Assembly (NCBI GenBank): GCA_903923925.1
Contig: CAIXZF010000112.1
Location: 18,166 to 82,165 of the forward strand
Direction: 5' to 3'
From: an uncultured Bacteroidales bacterium
Lineage (GTDB): Bacteria; Bacteroidota; Bacteroidia; Bacteroidales; CAIXZF01
DNA: 64,000 nt
Below are positions 19,447 to 29,235 of the stretch, one piece after another. The translations under genes were made by a program, and so were the position numbers. The notes under the pieces are model-generated. The model saw only the letters and a program-made list of their open reading frames with translations. It was not told the DNA's origin and did not search any database. Positions within the stretch are counted from its first letter, which is position 1. The number at the start of each line of letters is the position of its first letter.

Positions 19447-20469
19447 CTAAAAAATAGGACAGCTAACTTCCCGTTTAACTATATTCCTTTCTTTCCCAAA
19501 AGTAACGATTACAGAAATCTCAGGTCCACCTCGATAAACAGATGATTTTCTCAACCCGGAATAATTCAGATCGTAACTGAGCCCGAAGTTATAAAGTTTA
19601 TAGGTTGCACCAACCATAAATATTACAGCATCTTTCCATCGGTTATAGAGCCCTGCATTAAAATCAAGCGGCCAGGCTGAATTATCTGTTTGATTGAAAT
19701 TTAGTAAGGTCCCGAATAATAGTTCATTATACCTGCCCTGTCTTGAATAGGAAAGGCCGGGTTGTAATTCAATTCGCCCTTTAATTGGTATAATGTTCCC
19801 ATAAGTTATCAGAAACTTTCTTTTCAATGGGATATCAACAATATTATATAGGCTCTGATTCGGTTGATTAATATGTGATATTGAAAAACCCGCATGGTAG
19901 GTAATACCACTGATGCTGTGGAAAAACCATTTTGTTCCTAAATTAAAATCGGAATAGGAGAGCTGTTCCAATACAAATTTCTCATTAGTTTGAATGTCAG
20001 GATCATAACTGTTACCATTAAATTGATCGCCAAATCGGAGCGCTGAATAGTCAATGGTTTTTTGAACGATTGAATATTGAATCCCGACTAATAAAAAACT
20101 ATTACCTCTTCTGTTTAATGCCTTATGGTAAGAAAGTGAAAGTCCTCCCGAAGTAAATCCATATTCCGAATCGCCAGCTTTGTCTCGTACAATAAGTCCT
20201 CCTATCCCAATTGCATCATGATGAAATAACCTTTTTAGAAGTGGCGCATCCAGAGAAACGGCTGAGGTTGTATATGGATTAGAAATTGACCGCCATTGGT
20301 TTTTGTAATTCAAAGCAGCACGGTATGTCCCATTAAAAAAGCCAGTATTGGCGGGATTCTCAAATATAGGGCTGTTAAAATACTGAGAATAATGTGGATC
20401 CTGAGCTTTAGAATTCACTCCTGATAGCATGAAAAGGGAAAAAAGAATCCAGGAGACTTTCTTTAACAT
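19447..20469 (-). CDS. Type IX secretion system membrane protein, PorP/SprF family
   Basis: ATG 20469 gives the signal peptide MLKKVSWILFSLFMLSGVNSKAQ. This is followed by DPHYSQYFNSPIFENPANTG, the hallmark N-terminus of PorP/SprF beta-barrels. It lies directly downstream of a type-B CTD cargo. Confidence 0.85.
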   Translation of the reverse strand: MLKKVSWILFSLFMLSGVNSKAQDPHYSQYFNSPIFENPANTGFFNGTYRAALNYKNQWRSISNPYTTSAVSLDAPLLKRLFHHDAIGIGGLIVRDKAGDSEYGFTSGGLSLSYHKALNRRGNSFLLVGIQYSIVQKTIDYSALRFGDQFNGNSYDPDIQTNEKFVLEQLSYSDFNLGTKWFFHSISGITYHAGFSISHINQPNQSLYNIVDIPLKRKFLITYGNIIPIKGRIELQPGLSYSRQGRYNELLFGTLLNFNQTDNSAWPLDFNAGLYNRWKDAVIFMVGATYKLYNFGLSYDLNYSGLRKSSVYRGGPEISVIVTFGKERNIVKREVSCPIF

Positions 20470-20521
20470 TAATTTGCTATATGTTTGACATTCTATCGAC
20501 ATTCATTCTAAAAATCAATTT

Positions 20522-23500
20522 CTATCGTAAAAGAGTTACGTTCCCTTTGTTTTTGTAAACACTCTGGTCGAAACACCTCGCATTTAACTGAAAAACATAT
20601 ACACCAGGATCACAAGCCTTTCCTTTGAAAGTTCCATTCCATCCCTGCTTCTGATCGGTAGTCTCAAATAATTTCTCACCCCAGCGATCGTAAACCGAAA
20701 ATGACAGATCCTCAATTATCACTCCATACACCATCAAATTGTCGTTCAGGTTATCAGCATTGGGGGTAAATGCATTCGGCACATAAACAAATGGATCGCG
20801 GCAAAAAACTTCTTTCACAAAAATTCTGACAGAATCCACAAATTTGCATCCATAGGAGTCTGTAATTGTAAGATAATAAGTTGTTGATTGTAAAGGAGTT
20901 GCCAAAGGATTGTTTGAAAATGGATAATCCAATCCTGCTGCAGGCGACCAGGCATAGGTCACACCTGGAAGAGAAGTCGAAAAAATATGTGAAGACTGAC
21001 CTTTGTAAATTGTATCATTATCTATTGAAACACTAATATTTTGAAATATGGATTGTGCTGTTATGTTTATTGTAGTTGTATTCAGACATAAGTTACTGTC
21101 TGTCACCGAGATAGTATATGAACCTGAACACAAATTATCTAGCTGAAGTAAAAGATCACCAGTGTTCCAAATATAAGAATAAGGTGGTGTTCCTCCGCTT
21201 AGGGTACAATTTATTGATCCGTTACAAACTTCAGTACAGGGAATATTTTTGGAAATTACATTGATATTTATCCCTTCAGGATCAATTAGGCTGATACTTG
21301 CAACAGATTTGCAATTTGCACTATCAGTAACAGTTACGGTGAATATTCCATCACATAGGTTGTTAATAGTTGGCGTATTTTGTCCTGAATTCCATAAATA
21401 CGTAAGAGGAGGGGTTCCACCTGAAACAAAAACACCTGCGTTTCCATCACAGATGCCAGGGCAAGATGGGTTAGAGCCGCTTGCCGGAGAAATTAATATT
21501 GTAAATGAAACTTTGATACTGTCGATAACAGAGCAGGCAGAATTACTTGCCATTACATAAAACCAGCTAACCTGGTTTGTCAATAAAACACTTACTATAC
21601 TATCTGATAAATTATTCAGTGTATCAGAAAAATAGCGATTAGTTGACCATATGATCTGTTGTACAGTTTCATTCGTATGCGCAGTAAGATTGCACCCTGT
21701 AGAGCAAATCACCGTGTCATTCCCCGCATTAACCTGCAAATTGTGCACCTGCACAGTTTGATGAATGGTATCTGTGCATTGTCCGTTCGACATCATTAAT
21801 GTGTACGACATTGTTATAGGTGGATTTGCATTCGGGTTAGGAATACTTGTATTGTCTAATCCAAAAGAGGGCGTCCATGAATACGATATTGTAGGATCTG
21901 GTGGTGGGGGTATTCCGATAACCGCGCTCTGACCCGAACAAATATGCATGTCAGGCAAACCATAATTACTGTTGTCGAGTACAACAAGATGCTGTTTTAT
22001 GGTATCACCAGCGTTGCAACTATTCGGATCGGTAAGGATAAGAGTAATTGTGTAAACACCCTGATTAACAAATGTATGTGTTGGTTGGAATAGACTTGAA
22101 GTACCCCCATCTCCAAAATTCCATGAATATTGAACCCCAGATGCCGGCGATGATAAAGAAGTGTTTATAAATGTTACGGTATATGGGGCACATCCAACAG
22201 GAGGTACAATAAAGTCGGCCACAGACAGGATTATATTGAAATCAAACTTAATTACTCCATTGTTGCAGTTAGTGCTTCCATTCGTATTAGACCAGGCTCC
22301 CGGCGTGGTTGGGAATGTGTTATTTCCACCACAACCAGCACAAACACTTTGATAAATTTTACCTTTTTTATCGAATCTGCTAGTTCCCCCATCAACATGT
22401 TCCAGCGAAGTACCTCCGAAAAATGTGCCATAAACCATACCTGAAGCATCCGGATTCATTACGAAAAAGTAATAATCGCTATTATCTGTTGTTGTTTGAA
22501 ATGCATTTGCTGAAACTGGAAGTCCTGAGGTTCCTCCAAACCCGTTTAATGATGAACTTCCCCATCCTGATACGTAAATATTCCCGCACAAATCTATAAG
22601 AAACGCAGTAGGGGATATGTCGGGACCTCCATTTCCGGTACCAAAGGCAGTTGACCAGGTAACTGATTGAAGTGTTTCGCTTAATTTAGAAATAAACTGA
22701 CCTCCCCCTGGTGTCGACCAGGTTACATTAGAGATGAATGTCTGACCACTGGCTGCAGTCTGACCAAGAACAAAAATTGCACCTGTCTTGTTTCTGTCGA
22801 TGAAATAAATCTGATCATAAAGATTAGATCCATAGTATGTTCCACTTAATAAACTTGTTCCGCTTGAAGAAATTCTTGCAATAAAACCATCTGAAGTTCC
22901 TCCCTGATAAGTTGGATGTATGCAGTTTGCAGTCACCGGTAAATTAGTAGAACTGGTACCACCGGCAATGTATACATTATAATCACCATCAAATACCAGG
23001 CTATAGCCACCTTCATTCCTCGATCCACCGTAATACGAGGCCCAATACAAGGAAGAAAGGCTGCCATTCATCTTGAAAACACAGGCATCCTGCTCTCCTC
23101 CGATTGATGGCTGGAAACTCGCAGAAGTTCCCGGCAAGTTCAACGATTGGGTACTGCTTACAACATAAATATTATTATTCTCATCTACTTTAATCTCACC
23201 TCTGGGGTCATCGGCATAATTATGTTTAAGAGTATCGTCAGAATTTAAACCATCATTGCCACTGCCGCCGTAGAATGTCGACGCAAGCAGATTCCTGCCA
23301 TTGCTCGCTAACTTTGTAACAACAATATCGGATCCATTTGGATATTCAAGAACCCAGGTTAGCATATAAGGAATCCCCCCGTTAAAGGTCTGATCATATG
23401 CATTTGTAGTTGTTGGATAGTCTGTAGAAGATGTTGAACCAAGTATGTACAACTCATTACTGTTGTTAACTACCAGACTGGTTGGCACCTCAGCTTCGCT

Positions 23501-24490
23501 GCCCCCGATATACGTCGAATAAATTAAGGTTGAGCCTGTTGTGTCGTACTTTGTAATAACAATATCCGAGCTGCCACCAGAGAATAATACCTGGTAAGCA
23601 CCTAGCGTTGTTGGATATCCAAGAGCAAAAGTTGACCCTCCTGCATATAAAAAACCCTGCCTGTCGTATGTAGCTGTATAACCCCAGTTATCCGTTGGAG
23701 AGCCAGAGTAACTCGAAAATACAAGTACGGGATCAATCACAAGTTCTTTTGTCTTGTCATATCCCTCTGGAAATTCAAATGTTACAACATTGTTTTTTAC
23801 TTTAAACCTGCATGAAATAAATTTCTTATTCCCATCAAGATCTGTTTGCCATGCAACAGGACTCTCCTCAACAATAGAATTCACAGAAGTTTTAATAACA
23901 AGATTACCTTTTTTAATAGTAACCTTATCAACTCCGTTATATCTTAAACAGATATTTCCAGGGTCAGAACCACCTTTGGCAAAAAAAGTATACTTTAATG
24001 TGCCGTCGTGTCCACCAAATGTTACATCAACATTCCTGTAAATTCCTTCATACCTTACTTCGGTATATTTCCTTACATCATCAGCCCAGGTTCTGGAATC
24101 ATTGCCAATAAAATAATTATTGTAATCAGGCAGCTTCCCCGATTTTCGGATTATTGCATCATCATTCGACCCGATTAATTCTACCTTGTAGGCATGGCCA
24201 GGCAGATATTTTGAAGGTGGCTTCATACTATTACGCTTAGCAAAAGGCAACAACTTGAAACCCATTAAATCAGAGTAGGCTTTTGCTTCGACAAACTGAT
24301 AGGTTATACACTGTTTTTCCAGAAAAAGTACACCACCCGGCAATTCTGATCTGAAGAGAATTGCCGGATTCCATTGTCCTTTATTTTCAATGAATGAGTA
24401 ATTATAATCGTGATGTGAAGAAATATTTCCACCAGATGCTTGAAATAGCAAGAAAGTGAAAAATAACAAAGGACATAACTTCCGAATCAT
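20522..24490 (-). CDS. T9SS type-B sorting-domain cell-surface protein (SBBP beta-propeller repeats, PKD, SprB-type repeats)
   Basis: 1322 aa with a signal peptide. It has SBBP-like repeats (YSTYIGGSEAEVPTS...), a PKD domain (YSWNFGDGGTS) and Cys-rich SprB-type repeats (CPGICDGNAGV, CTEVCNGSINC). The C-terminal VPNAFTPNADNLNDNLMVYG..YDRWGEKLF..WNGTFKGK..PGVYVF is the gliding-motility/CHU_C type-B CTD. Confidence 0.85.
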   Translation of the reverse strand: MIRKLCPLLFFTFLLFQASGGNISSHHDYNYSFIENKGQWNPAILFRSELPGGVLFLEKQCITYQFVEAKAYSDLMGFKLLPFAKRNSMKPPSKYLPGHAYKVELIGSNDDAIIRKSGKLPDYNNYFIGNDSRTWADDVRKYTEVRYEGIYRNVDVTFGGHDGTLKYTFFAKGGSDPGNICLRYNGVDKVTIKKGNLVIKTSVNSIVEESPVAWQTDLDGNKKFISCRFKVKNNVVTFEFPEGYDKTKELVIDPVLVFSSYSGSPTDNWGYTATYDRQGFLYAGGSTFALGYPTTLGAYQVLFSGGSSDIVITKYDTTGSTLIYSTYIGGSEAEVPTSLVVNNSNELYILGSTSSTDYPTTTNAYDQTFNGGIPYMLTWVLEYPNGSDIVVTKLASNGRNLLASTFYGGSGNDGLNSDDTLKHNYADDPRGEIKVDENNNIYVVSSTQSLNLPGTSASFQPSIGGEQDACVFKMNGSLSSLYWASYYGGSRNEGGYSLVFDGDYNVYIAGGTSSTNLPVTANCIHPTYQGGTSDGFIARISSSGTSLLSGTYYGSNLYDQIYFIDRNKTGAIFVLGQTAASGQTFISNVTWSTPGGGQFISKLSETLQSVTWSTAFGTGNGGPDISPTAFLIDLCGNIYVSGWGSSSLNGFGGTSGLPVSANAFQTTTDNSDYYFFVMNPDASGMVYGTFFGGTSLEHVDGGTSRFDKKGKIYQSVCAGCGGNNTFPTTPGAWSNTNGSTNCNNGVIKFDFNIILSVADFIVPPVGCAPYTVTFINTSLSSPASGVQYSWNFGDGGTSSLFQPTHTFVNQGVYTITLILTDPNSCNAGDTIKQHLVVLDNSNYGLPDMHICSGQSAVIGIPPPPDPTISYSWTPSFGLDNTSIPNPNANPPITMSYTLMMSNGQCTDTIHQTVQVHNLQVNAGNDTVICSTGCNLTAHTNETVQQIIWSTNRYFSDTLNNLSDSIVSVLLTNQVSWFYVMASNSACSVIDSIKVSFTILISPASGSNPSCPGICDGNAGVFVSGGTPPLTYLWNSGQNTPTINNLCDGIFTVTVTDSANCKSVASISLIDPEGININVISKNIPCTEVCNGSINCTLSGGTPPYSYIWNTGDLLLQLDNLCSGSYTISVTDSNLCLNTTTINITAQSIFQNISVSIDNDTIYKGQSSHIFSTSLPGVTYAWSPAAGLDYPFSNNPLATPLQSTTYYLTITDSYGCKFVDSVRIFVKEVFCRDPFVYVPNAFTPNADNLNDNLMVYGVIIEDLSFSVYDRWGEKLFETTDQKQGWNGTFKGKACDPGVYVFQLNARCFDQSVYKNKGNVTLLR

Positions 24491-24502
24491 GTTCAGAATT
24501 AT

Positions 24503-26443
24503 TTAGTTTATTGTCTGCCCTTTTTCAGCGAATCTGAATGGGTTTTCCTCTTCACCTTTCTCGCCGTTCTTGTAGGTAAGCGAGAGTTTTTCCTTATTTA
24601 ATGACAAGAATATTGCTTCTTCGGTTGTCTTACCTTTTACATAATAAAGCCTTATAAAAGCTTTAGTGCCAACAAGTGCAGTTTCGAACTTAACAATTCC
24701 CTTATCACCCATCATGTGATTCCTCAAATAAGGGATACTGCCCTTAAATTCCGGAAACAAACACTGGGGAAATTGGATCTCATATATTAACAACTTTGTG
24801 CTGTCCAATGTTTCGAAATCATTGAATGTCTTTGAATACGGTGTATAAAGTCCGGCTATAAAATCTGTTGTCTGTATTTTTAATGGTTCATTAGAATTGA
24901 GTGATACAACTTTAAAATCAGCTTCTGTAGTCACACTCTCTTCACCTTTTCCAATTGTAATTGATTTATTTTCAATTAATTGAACTATTTTTTCAGATGA
25001 GATCAGGGCCTTATCATAGTAAAATTTAGCCTGAACAGGTTCTCCATATTGAGTTTCGAAAGCAAATATACCTTTCTCCTGCCTTAAATATTTGATCAAA
25101 AGAGTTTCATCTTTCGAATCGAAGAAATTATTAATTCCGGTTTTGAAAATGCCAATTTCTGATGTTCCATCCCCAGGAAGGTAAAATAATTCTTTAACAG
25201 GAGAGAATATCAACTTTTTAATACCTTCTTCATTAATCAATGTAGGATCATAAAATATTTTAACATGGAATGATTTCACATAAGTCTGAACTCCGAGAAT
25301 ACCTGGTACACCTTCAATATGTGTCGCAAACGACATTGAGCTTCCATAACATTTGATGCTTTTTAAACCACCCATTTCAAACGAACTTGCCTTGCTCATC
25401 TGTTCTGGAGTGCCCCACTTAATATCAATTGTCGGCACTTCGTAATATTTGGAATAAATAATCCCCATACTCGTTAGTACTACAATAGCGAGTACGGGCA
25501 ACCATTTCATATTCCTTCCATTATATTTTAATGCACCTTTTTCAGGGCATCTTGCTATACAATCGCCACATAAATGACAATCGATATGAGTTACAGTATC
25601 AACTGTTGAAACATCAAGTTTATAAGGGCAAACTTTGTCGCATATTTTGCAATTCGTGCAAACATCCTGATGGCGGGTAACTTTAAGAAATGGAAAGATG
25701 AAAGTATGAACTTTAAGGGCTTCTAATATAAAACCAGTAAAACAGATAATTCCAATATACCACATCCAGTTTAAGCCTGGTTTAAAGGCAAGTTCAAATA
25801 AAAAGAAAACAGCTGTAATCACAGCAAAATAAATTGTGAAAGCAAAAATATTCGTTGCTGCTCCAAGCGGACAAAGATATTTGCACCAGAACTGACGAAC
25901 AAAAAATGATCCTAAAATAACAACGGCAAGTGTAATAAGAGCATAAATTACATTCACATCGCCTGAAAATCCTGTAAACACAGCATAAAATGGATCTAGC
26001 TTTTTACAGAATAATTCACTGCTAGTGATTGTGAAATACATAATCGTAAATAGAAGCCCGTATTTGAGTACACGTAAAAGTTGGTCGGGTAATCCTTTTA
26101 TTGTATACCTGACTTTGTATTTTTCACCTAATCTCCCTAACCACTCCGTAAATGTTCCAATCGGGCAGATGTAACTGCAAAATAGCTTACTGAATAAAAT
26201 CACTACAATAAGTAATGCAAATCCCATAGCAATTTGAAGTGAAGTCATTGAACAGGCCAAGGTATTGTTCACAATAAAACTACTATAAGCCATCATGCCT
26301 CCATAAGGACAATATGCCTCAAAATCAGCAACATAACTTTTATCGACAAAAAGTCTGACAAGCATGTATGCAAGTAATAGGACAATTAAGCCTTGTGCAG
26401 CAATCCTGTAGAAATTTCGATTTTTTGATTTGGCTTTCTTCAT
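24503..26443 (-). CDS. Membrane polyferredoxin (NapH/CcoG/NosR-like 4Fe-4S protein) with a long C-terminal extension
   Basis: 646 aa. CPYGG, CSYICPIG and WCKYLCPLG (CX3CP motifs) lie in the TM region. Two ferredoxin motifs follow, CTNCKICDKVCP and CHLCGDCIARCP. Then comes one more TM (WLPVLAIVVLTSMGIIY) and ~320 aa of unknown function. Confidence 0.75.
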   Translation of the reverse strand: MKKAKSKNRNFYRIAAQGLIVLLLAYMLVRLFVDKSYVADFEAYCPYGGMMAYSSFIVNNTLACSMTSLQIAMGFALLIVVILFSKLFCSYICPIGTFTEWLGRLGEKYKVRYTIKGLPDQLLRVLKYGLLFTIMYFTITSSELFCKKLDPFYAVFTGFSGDVNVIYALITLAVVILGSFFVRQFWCKYLCPLGAATNIFAFTIYFAVITAVFFLFELAFKPGLNWMWYIGIICFTGFILEALKVHTFIFPFLKVTRHQDVCTNCKICDKVCPYKLDVSTVDTVTHIDCHLCGDCIARCPEKGALKYNGRNMKWLPVLAIVVLTSMGIIYSKYYEVPTIDIKWGTPEQMSKASSFEMGGLKSIKCYGSSMSFATHIEGVPGILGVQTYVKSFHVKIFYDPTLINEEGIKKLIFSPVKELFYLPGDGTSEIGIFKTGINNFFDSKDETLLIKYLRQEKGIFAFETQYGEPVQAKFYYDKALISSEKIVQLIENKSITIGKGEESVTTEADFKVVSLNSNEPLKIQTTDFIAGLYTPYSKTFNDFETLDSTKLLIYEIQFPQCLFPEFKGSIPYLRNHMMGDKGIVKFETALVGTKAFIRLYYVKGKTTEEAIFLSLNKEKLSLTYKNGEKGEEENPFRFAEKGQTIN

Positions 26444-26504
26444 TGAACGTAGTAATTAGATTTATTGAGAAATGATTGAAAAGATTCAGTTTGATGATAT
26501 TATA

Positions 26505-29219
26505 TCAGGGAAGAAAACTACCATTTACGTCACCGGTACAAAGACCTTTGATATGAATAGAATTATTCCCGGTGATATTAATTTGTGGATGTTCAAAAAC
26601 CCAGTCTCCGGATGGAAAGCTATTGATTGATCCTGCGAATCGCTTTGCAGCAAATAGTGCATCCACAGAGTTAACATGCGTATTCCCATCCAGATCTGCA
26701 GCCTTAAGTTTTATCCCTGTAAGTATATTAATTCCAACAAAATGCTTTAAAATCAGTAAAGCATCAAGAGAATTTACTCCTCCCCAGTTCTGAGAACTGC
26801 TGCATTGTATTGAATAATTACCGGGAAGAACTGCAGGAAATACAAAAGAACCATTTATTCCGGTTGTAATCTGGTCTATAACAGTGTCATTCTTAATTAA
26901 TTGAACAAAAACTTGTCCCAAAAGTGATGCCTGAATATTATCATACTCGGTAAAACCACTGATCACATACCCGTTAACACAGGTGAAAGTTCTTTCTCCC
27001 GACCATTCACTCCAGCGCAGATTATAATCGCGGTATCTCATTCTCCAACTATAAGTTTGTCCCAAAATTAAAGGTGTTATTATCTCAAAATGTTGCAAAT
27101 CAATAGAATTATTGAGATTAATTGAAAGATATCCCGGAGGTCCTGAATCGCCATACCAGTTTTCTTTATCTCTTTTTACATCAATACTTGGCGTCTGAAA
27201 GTTGCCTGGAGTCGTAGTTACCTGGAATTGAGAAGAAAACAAGCTGTCGATTCCGGCAAATGAAGAGGCTGATAATGTAATTGGTAACATAGTTGCACCA
27301 ATTGGTGAAATCGAAGCAGGCTGCTGAGGAGCAGCTTGCCCGATTTTTCTGTGAAAAACATCTACCAGAACACAATTCATCGGATGGCCGGGATTGCCTA
27401 AACTATAGGTATAGCCTGTGTAACAGTGGTTTGGGACGTCGATATCTATTAAATTAAAACAATAATGATCCAACGACCTGAAAACTTCCGGGTAATCAGT
27501 CTGGTTCGTATACATTCCCCATCTGTCAAGAGGGCCACCACCACCACCATTAATAAGTGCCTGAAAATCAGTTGAATCTGTTGTTGTAGATTGGATAGAA
27601 TGTTCATAGGCATGAGTATGCCCGCAGGCATATAGTGCTGATTTTGAGTAGTTTTTCATCTTATCAAAAACCTGAGTCTGCGTCCATAATATATTTCCAT
27701 CAGGCCAAATTTCTGAATGTGCAGGATGGTGTGCATAAACGAAATTGAAATCTGTTGACGCATCACTTTCAGATTGAATTAGCTTATTCTGAAACCAGTT
27801 TTGCTGTAATACTGTTTGTTGAGCAGGGTTTGAATTGATAGCAATAAATCGTGCATCTAAAATTTTAAAAGTGTAGTATCTTTCTGAATATGGAGAAGCT
27901 GCACCATCAAGATCTTCATATTTCATGTATTGATAATAGAATGAATTATCAGCTTCATGGTTTCCAATTGTAACCATTGACGGAATATTGGCTGAAAGAC
28001 AGGAAAATGGTTTGAAATATTCATCTTCGTAAGCTGAATTATTGGTTCCGTCGCCAACAATGTCACCCAAATGTAAAATCAGATTGATATGATTCTGAAG
28101 GTCATATCCATACATCTCCTGTAATTTTAATTTCGCCCCGGATGCAACATTACTTGATGCAATAACATCACTTTGATTGTCTCCGAAAATAAGGAAACGC
28201 AAATGCTGATCTCCTGCAGCCACTATTGGGGGAGTCCTGAATGAAAAAGTTGGCGATTCATCAGATCCACTGATGCATTTGTAGAAATATTCAGTATTTG
28301 GACTTAGTCCTACTAATTTCACATTATGCCATTTCTTTATTCCAATAGCCTCATAAGTTCCTCCAATTGTGTTACCTAAGGCCTGAGTTGTCCCATATTG
28401 AACGATAGTAGAGCTTATGCTGTCCGAATGCCAGTTGATATAAACTGAAGTTGGAGTAGGGGTTTGAAGATAAGGTAAAATTCCAGTAAGCAATGCTGGT
28501 ATTTCGTGTTCATAACCTCCTAATGAAGCAACCTGGGTAGGAGTGAGTGCTCCCTCAAATATTGAGCATAATGCAATGTCAATAGGTGCATCTTCATCAT
28601 CATTATCTGCGAAAAAATAGAAAAAGTTATTGCCACTTAAAGGGTAAAGCGAAAAATCGCCATCAATTGTAAGCGGCCCTCCTTGCCGGATTAAAACGCC
28701 ATCAAGATAAATTTTATACTGGTTTCCAAGATCGCAGGTAACAACTAACCTGTACCAATCTCCGGCAATTACACTATAATCGGCATATCCCGGACCATTG
28801 GTTGCTCTTCCAATCTTGCCGCTTGGGTTTATAAATAACTCTCCATCATTACTATTTGTAGCGTTGGTTTGATAAAAGCAATACCAGGGAGTTATTATTG
28901 GTGCCCGAAAGTCATACACCATGGAGTATTCATTAACTTCTGTTCCTCCTCCATTTGCCGCTATATTATGGAAACATTTATAATAACTCCCAACGCCAAT
29001 ACTAACTGCCAGATCACCTGCTTGAGGTCCTGGAATTGAAGTCTGAGTTCCTGTTAAAATCAATGAGCTTCCAAAATCTGCATAAGTCAGGTTATTGGGG
29101 TTATCAAATTTCCATAAACCTTTAATTGACGGCCAGTTACCCGGAATAATTTGAGGAGCCTGACCAAAAATATTGAAAAATTGTATGCTGATTAGAATAG
29201 TAAGTAAATAACGATTCAT
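26505..29219 (-). CDS. Secreted LamG-like / purple-acid-phosphatase-type metallophosphoesterase with dockerin-like C-terminus
   Basis: I prefer ATG 29219 (signal peptide MNRYLLTILISIQFFNIFGQ), because the track start 29270 would overlap dapD. It has a LamG-like N-domain and a PAP N-terminal FN3-like domain. The metallophosphatase motifs FGDNQSD, LGDIVGDG, GNHE, YAHHP and GHTHAYEH are present. A CarboxypepD_reg-like segment and dockerin-like repeats (DLDGNTHVNSVDALFAAKRFAG, GDVNGS) follow. Confidence 0.75.
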   Translation of the reverse strand: MNRYLLTILISIQFFNIFGQAPQIIPGNWPSIKGLWKFDNPNNLTYADFGSSLILTGTQTSIPGPQAGDLAVSIGVGSYYKCFHNIAANGGGTEVNEYSMVYDFRAPIITPWYCFYQTNATNSNDGELFINPSGKIGRATNGPGYADYSVIAGDWYRLVVTCDLGNQYKIYLDGVLIRQGGPLTIDGDFSLYPLSGNNFFYFFADNDDEDAPIDIALCSIFEGALTPTQVASLGGYEHEIPALLTGILPYLQTPTPTSVYINWHSDSISSTIVQYGTTQALGNTIGGTYEAIGIKKWHNVKLVGLSPNTEYFYKCISGSDESPTFSFRTPPIVAAGDQHLRFLIFGDNQSDVIASSNVASGAKLKLQEMYGYDLQNHINLILHLGDIVGDGTNNSAYEDEYFKPFSCLSANIPSMVTIGNHEADNSFYYQYMKYEDLDGAASPYSERYYTFKILDARFIAINSNPAQQTVLQQNWFQNKLIQSESDASTDFNFVYAHHPAHSEIWPDGNILWTQTQVFDKMKNYSKSALYACGHTHAYEHSIQSTTTDSTDFQALINGGGGGPLDRWGMYTNQTDYPEVFRSLDHYCFNLIDIDVPNHCYTGYTYSLGNPGHPMNCVLVDVFHRKIGQAAPQQPASISPIGATMLPITLSASSFAGIDSLFSSQFQVTTTPGNFQTPSIDVKRDKENWYGDSGPPGYLSINLNNSIDLQHFEIITPLILGQTYSWRMRYRDYNLRWSEWSGERTFTCVNGYVISGFTEYDNIQASLLGQVFVQLIKNDTVIDQITTGINGSFVFPAVLPGNYSIQCSSSQNWGGVNSLDALLILKHFVGINILTGIKLKAADLDGNTHVNSVDALFAAKRFAGSINSFPSGDWVFEHPQINITGNNSIHIKGLCTGDVNGSFLP

Positions 29220-29235
29220 ACGTTTAAAATCTGAT

